Shown: piece by piece, positions 1-9,491 of the stretch
Numbering within the stretch: position 1 is the first letter of the stretch
Layout of the letters: each line of letters opens with the position of its first letter
Source: Anaerolineae bacterium
GTDB taxonomy: Bacteria > Chloroflexota > Anaerolineae > CG2-30-64-16
NCBI GenBank assembly: GCA_038214535.1
Contig: JBBQRS010000012.1
Location: 517-64,516, forward strand
Direction of reading: 5' to 3'
Length of the DNA stretch: 64,000 bases
Notes under the pieces: generated by a model
Databases searched by the model: none
What the model was told of the DNA's origin: nothing
The model's input: only the letters and a program-made list of their open reading frames with translations
Translations under genes and position numbers: made by a program

Positions 1-752
1 ACAAAGACTGGCTGTTCGCACATCTGAATCTCACCGGCGATGAGTTGGCAATGTATGAACGCGTCTACGCCATTCTCGGCGAACAACTCCCCACACCCGC
101 GCTGGTCGTCTATCTCAAGGCTTCAACCAACACACTGATGCAGCGCATCGCCTATCGCGACCGCGCCTTCGAACGCCGCATGTCCCGCGACTACATCGAA
201 GCGCTGGGCGCTGAATACAAGAACCTGTTCGCGCATTACACCGATGCGCCAGTGCTCATTATTGATACGGATGACCTGGACCTGGTGAGCGATCTGAGCG
301 CGCGCGCCGGCGTCAACAAACAGGTTCGCGAGGCGCTCGAAGGGACGCCGCAACAGCCGCTTTTCCCCCAAATCGCCGCCGATCGCACCGGGGCAATCGG
401 CGCGCCCCGGCCCGGTGGCCGCCTCATGGATTTTCAGCGGCATCGTCGCTCACTCGAACACGTCAATGGCGACCTTGCCGACATCTTCTATGACTATCTG
501 TCCCTCTCGCAAGCCATCGGCCACCTGGGCGACACACTGAAACAGGTCTGGGTGCAGCAAGACAAATTGCTCCCGAAGCTCGGCAACCGGCAGGAAGCGC
601 GCGACCTCGCGGTGGAAGGGCTGAGGGCCACGCTGCAAGAAACCCTGGGCGATACCCTCGATCGGCTGCTCAAGATCGCGAATGATGCGGGCATTGACCT
701 GGAGAATGCCTACCTCAGCGCCCTCGAGCGCGCCGAGAACAGCCATGATTAA
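1..752 (+). CDS. Deoxynucleoside kinase, 5'-partial (runs off window start), with a ~120-aa C-terminal helical extension (possibly MazG-like)
   Basis: The frame is open from position 3. The dNK C-terminal motifs (DRAFERRMSRDYIEALG...) are paralogous to the next gene. The stop overlaps the next start (ATGATTAA). Confidence 0.55.
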   Translation, partial: KDWLFAHLNLTGDELAMYERVYAILGEQLPTPALVVYLKASTNTLMQRIAYRDRAFERRMSRDYIEALGAEYKNLFAHYTDAPVLIIDTDDLDLVSDLSARAGVNKQVREALEGTPQQPLFPQIAADRTGAIGAPRPGGRLMDFQRHRRSLEHVNGDLADIFYDYLSLSQAIGHLGDTLKQVWVQQDKLLPKLGNRQEARDLAVEGLRATLQETLGDTLDRLLKIANDAGIDLENAYLSALERAENSHD

Positions 753-1383
753 GCGTTTTGTCGCCATCGCAGGCAACATCGGCGTGGGAAAATCCACCCT
801 GACGGGTCTCTTAAGCAGCCGGCTCGGCTGGGAACCTTTTTACGAAGCCGTATCCGATAACCCGTATCTCGCCGACTTTTATCACGATATGCCACGCTAT
901 GCATTTCACTCGCAGGTGTTTTTCCTTTCGCGTCGCTTGCGTCACCATCGCCGGTTACTGGATTTCCCAGGTTCCGTCGTGCAGGACCGCACGGTATACG
1001 AAGACGCCGAGATCTTCGCTCGCGCGCTCTACGAACAGGGTCACATCTTGCCGCGTGACTATCAGACCTATCGCGAACTCTATGAGGTGCTCACACTTTT
1101 TCTGCCCCCACCCGACCTCGTCGTCTACCTCCGGGCCTCGACGCCCACTCTCTTACAGCGCATCACCTGCCGCGGCCGCGCCTTCGAACGCAACATCGAA
1201 CCGGAATACCTGGAACACCTCGGCGCGCTGTACGAATCCTGGCTGGACGATTTCGCCATCTGCCCGGTGCTCACCATCGCCACGGATGATCTCGATTTCG
1301 TCCACAACAACGCCCATCTCGATCTCATCGTCGCCAGGATCGAAGAGAAACTCAGCGGCAAGGATGAGTTGGTGCTGCCATGA
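745..1383 (+). CDS. Deoxynucleoside kinase (dAK/dGK/dCK family)
   Basis: P-loop GNIGVGKST at the N-terminus, plus ERS/DRAFE motifs and the family length. The ATG at 745 overlaps the upstream stop. Confidence 0.8.
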   Translation: MIKRFVAIAGNIGVGKSTLTGLLSSRLGWEPFYEAVSDNPYLADFYHDMPRYAFHSQVFFLSRRLRHHRRLLDFPGSVVQDRTVYEDAEIFARALYEQGHILPRDYQTYRELYEVLTLFLPPPDLVVYLRASTPTLLQRITCRGRAFERNIEPEYLEHLGALYESWLDDFAICPVLTIATDDLDFVHNNAHLDLIVARIEEKLSGKDELVLP

Positions 1384-1520
1384 AATTGGCAGTTGATTTG
1401 CCTCCCATCGTATGGCGTGCTAGAATTATGTCGTGTTGAGGGACAGGTTGCCCTTCGTTCCTGATCGCTTTCTTTTCCATTGACCGTTCACGCGCCACCC
1501 CCGCGCGAGGAGAGGCCGCT

Positions 1521-2585
1521 ATGGCAAACAACAACCCCTGGAGCGCCACCACACTTGTACCCGATGCCGGCGCGAATAGCCGCGAACCTTCTTTGGCCTT
1601 CAGTGGTAACGCGCTTCATCTGGCCTGGAGTCGCAATAAAACGCTCTATCACGCCGTTTTCGACGGCAGCGCATGGAGCGCCCCCGTCAGAATCGCGAGC
1701 GGAGAACAACCGACTCTGGCAGTGACCCCGGATGGCAAGCTGCACTGTCTCTTCACACATGAATTCATCGGCAATTACGAAGTATATCACGTAGTCCGGG
1801 AAGACGGCAGGTGGTTGCTGCCCGAACCGGTCTCCCGAACCCCGGGCGTTTCCACCGACCCGGCGATTGCCGTCGCCCCCAATGGGAGCCTGCACGCGAC
1901 GTGGGCCGACACCACCCCCGGCGAGTCCACCATCTATTATGGGACACTTGACGGCCTCTTCTGGACCAGTTCACCCATCCCCAGCGGTCGCGGCGCGCTT
2001 CCCAGCATCGCGATCACGTCTGCGGGCATTATTCACGTTGCCTGGCAAGACCGCACCGGCGCGGCTGCCCGTTACGAAATCCTCAGCGCCGCCCTGAGCA
2101 ACAAGCTCTGGTCTGTGCCGCAGATCGTCTCCAACAGCCCCGCAGCCCATTCCTTGCGCCCGCAATTGCTGGTCGGCGCAAACGACGACTGTTATCTGGT
2201 ATGGCAAGAAGAAGTCGCGAATCTCTACCACGTTCGCTATGCAGAGCGCGGCGAAACCGGTTGGCGTTCACCGGCCGATCTCTCCCCCGGTTCAAACGAT
2301 TGCCGCCTCCCCTACCTTGCGCGTAACAGCCAGAACTTCCTGCAGATCGTCTGGCTGGAAGGTTCACAATTACGCCACCGGATACGCCCGCCTGAGAAAC
2401 AGGCCGACTGGTGGCCGGTTGAGGTCGCAATGGCAAACAGCGAAGGTTTGAGTGAACTCAGCATGGCGATTGATCAGCAAAACCGGGTTCACATCGCACT
2501 CAGCGGCTATCTCGGTTCCGAAACGCATGAGCTGTTCTATTGTAACCGCAACCCGGTCCTCGAATCCGTGATTATCACCACATAG
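1521..2585 (+). CDS. Hypothetical beta-propeller repeat protein (BNR/Asp-box-like ~45-aa blades), no signal peptide
   Basis: Repeated pattern hLHhAW...YY......G.WS.P across the ORF. RBS GGAGAGG sits upstream of the ATG. Paralogous to the ORF at 29073. Confidence 0.5.
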   Translation: MANNNPWSATTLVPDAGANSREPSLAFSGNALHLAWSRNKTLYHAVFDGSAWSAPVRIASGEQPTLAVTPDGKLHCLFTHEFIGNYEVYHVVREDGRWLLPEPVSRTPGVSTDPAIAVAPNGSLHATWADTTPGESTIYYGTLDGLFWTSSPIPSGRGALPSIAITSAGIIHVAWQDRTGAAARYEILSAALSNKLWSVPQIVSNSPAAHSLRPQLLVGANDDCYLVWQEEVANLYHVRYAERGETGWRSPADLSPGSNDCRLPYLARNSQNFLQIVWLEGSQLRHRIRPPEKQADWWPVEVAMANSEGLSELSMAIDQQNRVHIALSGYLGSETHELFYCNRNPVLESVIITT

Positions 2586-2613
2586 ACGTCAATCTGAAAT
2601 GTCTCGCCAATCA

Positions 2614-2646
2614 AAAACCCGGTCTTTGCGACCGGGTTTTGTTTTC
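2614..2646 (+). terminator. Rho-independent terminator (AAAACCCGGTC-TTTGC-GACCGGGTTTT + T-run)
   Basis: An 11-bp perfect GC-rich stem followed by TTTTGTTTT, immediately after the stop at 2585. Confidence 0.65.
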
Positions 2647-2729
2647 CAGACGGCGATTCGATAGCACTGTGGCTACACGAAACCTGCACTTCGCAGTTTG
2701 GTGCAGGCTCAGTGCGTGCTCGCAGACAG

Positions 2730-3938
2730 CTAACGACGACGGCCTCGTAGGGCAAGCCCGCCCAGAACCAGCGCGCCGACGATCGCACCCGCCGCGATGG
2801 CGGTCGTGCGCGGCTCGACGCCAGGCATCACCACCTTGCCGTCACCATAGCTCTGGAACATGCGCCCCCATTTCGTATCCAGCGCATCCTCGACGCGCTT
2901 GCGGCCCACCGCCGGATACCAGTAGACGTTGTGATAGAAGTTAGACGCGAAATAGCTCCACGGGACAATGGGCGAGCGCAATAACAAGTTCTCCGCCGGC
3001 TTCAGCGGCCCATGATAGATCAATTTCTGGCCGCGGCTGGCGAACGTATCCTCCTGGACGAATCCCCAATCCTCAGCCGACACATCATAACCCACGATCT
3101 CGATATCTTTAGGGTCGCCGATCCCCAGACCCAGCTCGTGCGCCAGGCGGATGAACTTCAGGTCCATGGGGTTGAACCCCTGGATTTTAGCCGAAATCGC
3201 ATCAATCGCTACTTGATCGGCGGAAGCCAGCAGGATGTCCTTCTCATGCCAGCGCATCGCGCGCGGGCCCGGCCCATCGCCGGCAAACGTCCCATCCATC
3301 ACCGCGAACAAGCCACTGTGAATCTCCTGCTGAATCGCCAGCAGGTCTACCACGGTTTCATGGATCACGCTGTGCGTCCAATGTCGCTTTTCCGTCAACA
3401 AACCCCCGAAGGCGTTCTTCATCGCGCCCGTAATCGTTGTGAACACGTGCGTCTTCACGGTAGGCAACTGGATGATGTTCTTATCGAAGAAGTATGCCGG
3501 CAGCAAGATGCCTTCCGGGAAGATGCGATCCAACACCAACATCGGCGTTTTGGGCGTATAGCGAACCCAGGTGATCTCCGGTTCATACAGGTGGACGTTG
3601 CGTATCCCATAAGCATCCACGACGGCCTTATGCTTGTTGTTCTTCTCGCCGACGTATGCGTCTACCACAACCGTCTTGTTATGCGCCGCCGACAGATCAC
3701 GATAGCCGTCGGCCTGCAGCTTGCGGATTACCCCTTCGACCTGCCACGGTGTGCTGGAACAGGCAGGATACCACGTCTGCCAGGAGATGTTGATCTTCAA
3801 TATCGTTTCGCGGTCTTTGGGCAGCGCCGCCTCGTAGCCCGCCATATCCATCACGCGGCCCACATCATCCAGAACCGTTTCAGGGCGCGTCTTCAAAACG
3901 GCCACTTTACCCTTACCCGGAAAATCTTTCGGAATCAC
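2730..3938 (-). CDS. DUF362-domain protein with C-terminal TM helix
   Basis: Motif LPTVKTHVFTTITGAMKNAFGG is typical of DUF362. GTG start with GGAGGT 8 nt upstream. Hydrophobic C-terminus AIAAGAIVGALVLGGLAL. Confidence 0.55.
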   Translation of the reverse strand: MIPKDFPGKGKVAVLKTRPETVLDDVGRVMDMAGYEAALPKDRETILKINISWQTWYPACSSTPWQVEGVIRKLQADGYRDLSAAHNKTVVVDAYVGEKNNKHKAVVDAYGIRNVHLYEPEITWVRYTPKTPMLVLDRIFPEGILLPAYFFDKNIIQLPTVKTHVFTTITGAMKNAFGGLLTEKRHWTHSVIHETVVDLLAIQQEIHSGLFAVMDGTFAGDGPGPRAMRWHEKDILLASADQVAIDAISAKIQGFNPMDLKFIRLAHELGLGIGDPKDIEIVGYDVSAEDWGFVQEDTFASRGQKLIYHGPLKPAENLLLRSPIVPWSYFASNFYHNVYWYPAVGRKRVEDALDTKWGRMFQSYGDGKVVMPGVEPRTTAIAAGAIVGALVLGGLALRGRRR

Positions 3939-4016
3939 TTGTTTAACCTCCGACGCACTGATAGCACCGCCCGCCAGAAAGCATCTGGCGGGCGGTGAAG
4001 ATGGCGTACTGCGCGT

Positions 4017-6101
4017 CTATTCGTCTTCGGCTTCGTCGTGCTCGTGCTTAGATTGCGCGATCACCTGCTCGGCGATGTGCGCCGGAACCGGTTCATAGTG
4101 CGACAATTGCATCGTATAAATGCCGCGACCCTGCGTCATCGAACGTAAGTCAATCGCATAGCGTTGCATCTCGGCCATGGGAACCTGAGCCGTCACAATG
4201 CCCTTGCCGCGCGTCTGCTCCATGCCCTGCACACGACCACGGCGGGTATTGAGATCACCCATAATATCGCCCATGTACTCTTCGGGAACAGTGATGCGCG
4301 CCTCCATGATCGGCTCCAACAGCACGGGACCTGCCTGCAAGAAGGTCTTCTTGAACACCTCACGGCCGGCGATCTGGAATGCGATATCTTTCGAGTCAAC
4401 CGGATGCATCTTGCCGTCATAGATCTCGCAGCGCACGTCTACGACGGGATATCCCGCAAGCGGACCCGCATCCAACCGCGAGCGGATGCCCTTTTCAATA
4501 GACGGGAAGAAGCTGTTGGAGATCGCGCCGCCAAAGACGCGAGACGTATCAAACTCGAAACCGGTTCCCCGCTCGACGGGCTTGATTTCCATGTGAACTT
4601 CGCCGAACTGCCCTGCGCCGCCGGTCTGCTTCTTGTGGCGGTGATAATCCGCCGCACTCCGCGTGATAGATTCGTTGTAGGGCACCTTCGGCATCGCCGT
4701 CGTCAACGCCACACCGAACTTGCTCTCCATCCGCCGAATCGCGAGGTCGAGGTGCACCTCGCCCATGCCGGAAAGAATCGTCTCATTCGTGCCGGGTTCG
4801 AACCGCACGCTCAAAGTCGGGTCTTCCTCGACAGCGCGGGTCAAAGCCGGGCCCATTTTCGCCGAGTCGCCCTTCGTCTTCGGGCTGACGGCGAGCGAGA
4901 AGAGCGGTTCCGGATAGTTCACGGACGGCAAGATGATCTGGGCGGACTTTTCGCACAGCGTGTCGCTCGTGTTGGTGTTGGCTAACTTTGTCACGCCGCC
5001 GAAGTCGCCGGCCACCAGTTGATTGATGGCCAACTGCTCTTTGCCGCGTGGCACGAAGATCTGGGCAACGCGTTCCTCAGTGGCATCGGGCATGGTGTAA
5101 ACCCGGCTATCCCCGTGGAACTTCCCGGACTGCACGCGGAAATACGAAATCTTGCCGACGAATGGGTCGGCAACCGTTTTCCAGACGAATACAGCCAGCG
5201 GCCCGTCTGCGGAGATTGGCAGCGTGATTTCACTCTCGTCCGGTTTGTGAGCCACAATCGGCAGTAACTCAGACGGGTCAGGCATCGCCGCGATCAACGC
5301 GTTCATCAGCGGGATGATGGCCATGTTATTCACCGCCGAACCACAGAACACCGGGATCACGTTGCCGGAGGCAATGCCCGCCTTCAGACCCTTGCCGATT
5401 TCTTCGGGCGTGAGATCGCCGCCATCCAGATATTTCATAATCAGGTCGTCGTCGCCCTCGGCGGCAGCCTCGATCAGTTGCGTGCGCGCCGTCTCTGCGG
5501 CCTCGACCATATCAGCCGGCACATCCATCGGATCGGCGGAGTCGCCCAGATACGCCTTCAGCGAGATCAAGTCTACGATCCCGCGAAACTCCGAGCCTTC
5601 ACCGATAGGGAGCTGCGCAGCCACGATGTTACCGGGAAATGCCTCGCGCAGAAGCGCCAGCGCGTTGCTGAAGCTGGCATTATCGCGATCCATCTTATTG
5701 ATGAAGACCGCGCGCGGCAAAGATCGCTCGTCAAGAAACCCCCAACCCAGGTCCGTGCCGACCTCGACCCCGGCAACGGGATCAATAACCACAAGACCCG
5801 AATCGGTAACGGCGACCGCGCTTTTGGTCTCACCCGAGAAATCTATGAAACCGGGCGTGTCAATGATATTGAGTTTACAGCCCTGCCACTCACTGGGGAC
5901 CAATGAAGCTGAGACCGAAATTTGCCGGCGAATCGCTTCATCATCCCAGTCGGCGACCGTAGTCCCATCCTCGACGCGGCCGCGCCGGCTGGTGGCGCCA
6001 GTGTTGAAGAGCATCGCCTCAGCCAGTGTCGTCTTGCCTGAGCTGCTATGCCCAATCAAGGCCACATTTCGCAACCGCTCTGTTGTATAATTCTCCATCA
6101 C
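4017..6101 (-). CDS. fusA: Elongation factor G family GTPase (EF-G paralog)
   Basis: G1 motif GHSSSGKTTL and DTPGFIDF (G3), at EF-G length (694 aa) with domains II-V recognisable. Confidence 0.8.
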   Translation of the reverse strand: MMENYTTERLRNVALIGHSSSGKTTLAEAMLFNTGATSRRGRVEDGTTVADWDDEAIRRQISVSASLVPSEWQGCKLNIIDTPGFIDFSGETKSAVAVTDSGLVVIDPVAGVEVGTDLGWGFLDERSLPRAVFINKMDRDNASFSNALALLREAFPGNIVAAQLPIGEGSEFRGIVDLISLKAYLGDSADPMDVPADMVEAAETARTQLIEAAAEGDDDLIMKYLDGGDLTPEEIGKGLKAGIASGNVIPVFCGSAVNNMAIIPLMNALIAAMPDPSELLPIVAHKPDESEITLPISADGPLAVFVWKTVADPFVGKISYFRVQSGKFHGDSRVYTMPDATEERVAQIFVPRGKEQLAINQLVAGDFGGVTKLANTNTSDTLCEKSAQIILPSVNYPEPLFSLAVSPKTKGDSAKMGPALTRAVEEDPTLSVRFEPGTNETILSGMGEVHLDLAIRRMESKFGVALTTAMPKVPYNESITRSAADYHRHKKQTGGAGQFGEVHMEIKPVERGTGFEFDTSRVFGGAISNSFFPSIEKGIRSRLDAGPLAGYPVVDVRCEIYDGKMHPVDSKDIAFQIAGREVFKKTFLQAGPVLLEPIMEARITVPEEYMGDIMGDLNTRRGRVQGMEQTRGKGIVTAQVPMAEMQRYAIDLRSMTQGRGIYTMQLSHYEPVPAHIAEQVIAQSKHEHDEAEDE

Positions 6102-6219
6102 CCCTCCTCGCCAAAATGGCAGATAGTCAACCGCGTCATTTTACGTCCAGGGAGCCGTTCTGTCAAAGAAGCACGACTATGTGCTTAACTCCACACCTTA
6201 AACACGCGGCGCGACGGCG

Positions 6220-7509
6220 TCACGACATGGCTTCAACCATGCGCCAGCCCCGGCTTTGCGCCTCCACCATGATCGCATCTTCATCCAGCGTGAGTAGCCG
6301 CCGGTCGCGCATCAACCAGGTTCCGGCAACCATCAGGTCACTCACGTCCCGGCTCTGCGCCGTGTAGAGCACCGTTTCGAGCAACTCAGTTCCACCGCTG
6401 AGTCGGGCAGTATCCCGGTTGATCATCAATAGGTCGGCGGCAAAGCCCGGCGCGATCATCCCGCTCTGCCCAAAACCCAGTGCCGTCGCGGCGGCGTGCG
6501 TCGCCATCTGTAAACTGAATTGATCCACCGTGGCTTCGTCGGCGTCTTTCGCTTGCCACAGGGCCGCCAGGCGCGCCTCGTGCAGCATATCAAAACGGCC
6601 GCTCACCGTCGGTCGTTCCGACCCGAGGGCGACGGCCACGCCGTCGGCGCGCAAGGCAGCGACCGGCGTCGCCCCCAGGCCGCAGCGAGCCTGATACGTG
6701 GGGCATTGCACGCAGACCACAGCCTTCGAAGCAAGAATCTCACGGTCAATTTCGGTAATGTGAATCGCGTGCACCGCCAGCACCGGCACATCGAGGACGC
6801 CGTTCCGATTGAGCATCTCAACAATCGTCATATCGTATCGTGCGAGCGCCTGATCGGCCTCGCGCTGCGTTGCGGCCAGGTGCAGATGGATACTCGACCC
6901 CAGGCGCGCGGCAACCGCCGCCGTGCGCGCCAGGAATACGGGCGAGCATTCGACCGGCGAGTGCGGCCCGAACGCTGTATGCACTCGCCCATCACCTGCG
7001 CCTTGCCATTCTTCCACGAACCGCGAGATACCGGCCAAATCGCGACCGATTTCCGTGTCGCGGCCGAAAGTACACCACGACAGGCTGGCACGCAAACCGC
7101 TCTTGACCACGACTTCGGCCACGCGATCCATGAAGAAATACTGGTCAGCGAACCCAACCACGCCATTGCGAATCATCTCACAGGCGGCCAGCGCAGCGCC
7201 CCAATACACATCGTCCCCGGTCAACCCCGACCCGCGCAAAAATTCCGGATCCTCTAACCACGGATCCAGGGCATTGCCCGGCGCCCATCCTCGAAACAAC
7301 GCCATCGGGCTGTGTGTGTGCGCGTTGAAGAGACCCGGCATCACGATATGTCCGCGTGCATTCACCGTCTCATCGGCGACAAAACTCGGCGGCGGCACGC
7401 CCACCGCCGTGATTGCGCCATCCGTGATCGCAATGTCCGCGTCGAACAACAGCCGGCCATCGGCGTCGAGCGTCAAAATATCGCCATGCTGAATCAGGAT
7501 TTTGCTCAT
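6220..7509 (-). CDS. Amidohydrolase-family deaminase (MtaD/SsnA/chlorohydrolase-like)
   Basis: Metal-binding motif NAHTHSPM near the N-terminus, with TIM-barrel amidohydrolase length. Confidence 0.6.
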   Translation of the reverse strand: MSKILIQHGDILTLDADGRLLFDADIAITDGAITAVGVPPPSFVADETVNARGHIVMPGLFNAHTHSPMALFRGWAPGNALDPWLEDPEFLRGSGLTGDDVYWGAALAACEMIRNGVVGFADQYFFMDRVAEVVVKSGLRASLSWCTFGRDTEIGRDLAGISRFVEEWQGAGDGRVHTAFGPHSPVECSPVFLARTAAVAARLGSSIHLHLAATQREADQALARYDMTIVEMLNRNGVLDVPVLAVHAIHITEIDREILASKAVVCVQCPTYQARCGLGATPVAALRADGVAVALGSERPTVSGRFDMLHEARLAALWQAKDADEATVDQFSLQMATHAAATALGFGQSGMIAPGFAADLLMINRDTARLSGGTELLETVLYTAQSRDVSDLMVAGTWLMRDRRLLTLDEDAIMVEAQSRGWRMVEAMS

Positions 7510-7644
7510 ATCATCCCCCGAATGCTGAGTCTACACCAGCTTCTTACGGGCGACGAATCACCCGGTTGCGCGATCCGGCTTTGCATCCTGCCCCGGCTAC
7601 CGTATAATGTCTTCAGCATACCGACCCAACCCGGAGACCCACCC

Positions 7645-8016
7645 ATGGGCCAGTACGAAAAACATATCTTTGTGTGCACTTTTGGTTCGTGGTGTCAACG
7701 CGATGGAGACACCGAGGCGCTGACGCGCGAGCTGAAATATGAGGTCGCCCGAGCCGGCCTGAAAGGCAAGGTCAGGGTCAACAAGGCTGGCTGTCTCAAC
7801 CAGTGCGGGCATGGGCCGATGGTCGTCGTCTATCCGGCAGGGCATTGGTACGCCGGCGTCGCCCCCGAAGATGCGCCGGAAATCGTCGCCGAAGACATCC
7901 TCGGCAACCGGATCGTCGCACGGCTGGCGTATTCCGCCCCGCCCGGCGATAACAAAGACCTCACCGCATATCCTGCCGAGCTTGTGGCCGCCGAACGGGC
8001 CGCCAAACCGGATTGA
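7645..8016 (+). CDS. Thioredoxin-like [2Fe-2S] ferredoxin
   Basis: Cys pattern C-x4-C ... C-x3-C (FVCTFGSWC ... GCLNQCGHGP) at ~123 aa. Divergent from the amidohydrolase gene. Confidence 0.6.
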   Translation: MGQYEKHIFVCTFGSWCQRDGDTEALTRELKYEVARAGLKGKVRVNKAGCLNQCGHGPMVVVYPAGHWYAGVAPEDAPEIVAEDILGNRIVARLAYSAPPGDNKDLTAYPAELVAAERAAKPD

Positions 8017-8033
8017 ACCCTTAGGCGCTGCTC

Positions 8034-9473
8034 TTGAATACCACCCTGATCTTCATCCGGCACGGCGAATCCCTGCAAAACCGGGGCGATGTCAAAACCG
8101 AACTCGACAGCGGTCTCACCGAGTTGGGCTGGCGTCAGTCCATGCTGGTTGCCGATTGGCTGGCCCGAACGCAAACCCCCGATATCGTCATTTCAAGCAC
8201 AATGCGCCGCGCCCGGCAAACCGCAGACCTGATCGGGCGTCGGCTGGGCTTACCCGTACAAATTCAATCCGGGCTGGAAGAAGCCGACGGCAGCTATTGG
8301 AATGAGTTACCCGCCGCCCATCAGACGGGGCCGCTATCATTATGGGACGAGTGCTGGCTCCCTACGGCCGAAAACGCCCCCGCATACACGGAATTCAGGG
8401 CCAGGCTGCGTCGCGCGCTGGACGAGATTCTCTCAGCCTATGACGGAAAGACCATCGTTATCGTATCGCACGGCGGCTCTATTGGCACCATCCTGCGCAG
8501 CCTGTTCAGCGGGCACTCCATGCCGGTATTCACACAGAACACCGGCGTCACCCAGCTTACCTGGAAAGACGGGCGCTGGCAATTGGTCGCCCAGAATCTC
8601 CAGGAACACCTCTCGCCGTTTCTGGCGATGCGCAACAGTTCCGGAAACGGCGCCGATTCAGACTCATTTCCCTGGAAGAAACAAGCCGGGTTACAAAGCG
8701 TTCAGGCCTTCTATCGAACCGCTACGCGCGCACCGCGAGGTGAGGTACAGTCCGCCGGGAGTGACGCCTTCCTGATCGAGCTTGCCTCCACGCAATCCGG
8801 AGACGCTGTTCTCGAGGTTGGCTGTGGATCAGGCGCGCTCGCCCTGGCGCTGGCCTCCCGCGCCGGTCGCGTCATGGGGATAGACGCCTCGGCTGCCATG
8901 TTGGAGCGCGCCGAACTTAAGCGTATCGAAGCGAACTGTAACAACCTCGATCTCACGTGGGCTGAGGCCGCCGACCTTCCCATCCCCGACGCATCGCTGG
9001 ATCTGGTCGCCTCGCGCGACCTATGGAATCACCTCCCTGCGCCGCAAACCTATTTATCGGAAGCGAAGCGCGTATTGCGCTCGACAGGCCGTTTATTGCT
9101 GGACGAACTGATCGGCAGCGCCGAACCGGTCAAGCGCGCCACCCAGGAAGCGATCGAAGTGCGTCGGAATCCATCTTTTGCGCACCTGCCCACGCAGGCC
9201 GAGATCGAGCATCACCTTTCAGATGCAAGTTTCAAAGTAACGCAAGCTGAAACCTACCCCGTCAATCTGACGCTCGCCGATTGGCTGGCCGAAGTCGCCG
9301 CCGACGAAAATACCCGAAACGAGGTGCGCAAAATGCTGGAGGCGGGCATGGAAGAGGACGCAGCCGGATTGCACGTTCACCGCCATCGCGACGGCTCCAT
9401 CACGTTCACGCAACAGCGCTTGAGACTTCTCGCGGTTCCTGTTGCGCCTTCAACCTTCAACCTGTCACAGTAG
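8034..9473 (+). CDS. Fusion protein: histidine phosphatase (PGAM-like) N-domain plus class I SAM-dependent methyltransferase C-domain
   Basis: RHGES catalytic motif at the N-terminus and VLEVGCGSG (MTase motif I) in the C-terminal half. TTG start. Confidence 0.6.
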   Translation: MNTTLIFIRHGESLQNRGDVKTELDSGLTELGWRQSMLVADWLARTQTPDIVISSTMRRARQTADLIGRRLGLPVQIQSGLEEADGSYWNELPAAHQTGPLSLWDECWLPTAENAPAYTEFRARLRRALDEILSAYDGKTIVIVSHGGSIGTILRSLFSGHSMPVFTQNTGVTQLTWKDGRWQLVAQNLQEHLSPFLAMRNSSGNGADSDSFPWKKQAGLQSVQAFYRTATRAPRGEVQSAGSDAFLIELASTQSGDAVLEVGCGSGALALALASRAGRVMGIDASAAMLERAELKRIEANCNNLDLTWAEAADLPIPDASLDLVASRDLWNHLPAPQTYLSEAKRVLRSTGRLLLDELIGSAEPVKRATQEAIEVRRNPSFAHLPTQAEIEHHLSDASFKVTQAETYPVNLTLADWLAEVAADENTRNEVRKMLEAGMEEDAAGLHVHRHRDGSITFTQQRLRLLAVPVAPSTFNLSQ

Positions 9474-9491
9474 CGCCAACCGCTTTGCAAG

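Noticed and set aside
899-1396. 165-aa + strand ORF in an alternate frame within the dNK gene
   Set aside because: It overlaps the well-supported kinase reading frame entirely. Ser/Thr/Pro-rich translation with no motifs.
5314-6090. 258-aa + strand ORF, and other short ORFs inside 4017-6101
   Set aside because: They lie antisense or in an alternate frame within the EF-G gene. Low-complexity Ser/Ala/Arg-rich translations.
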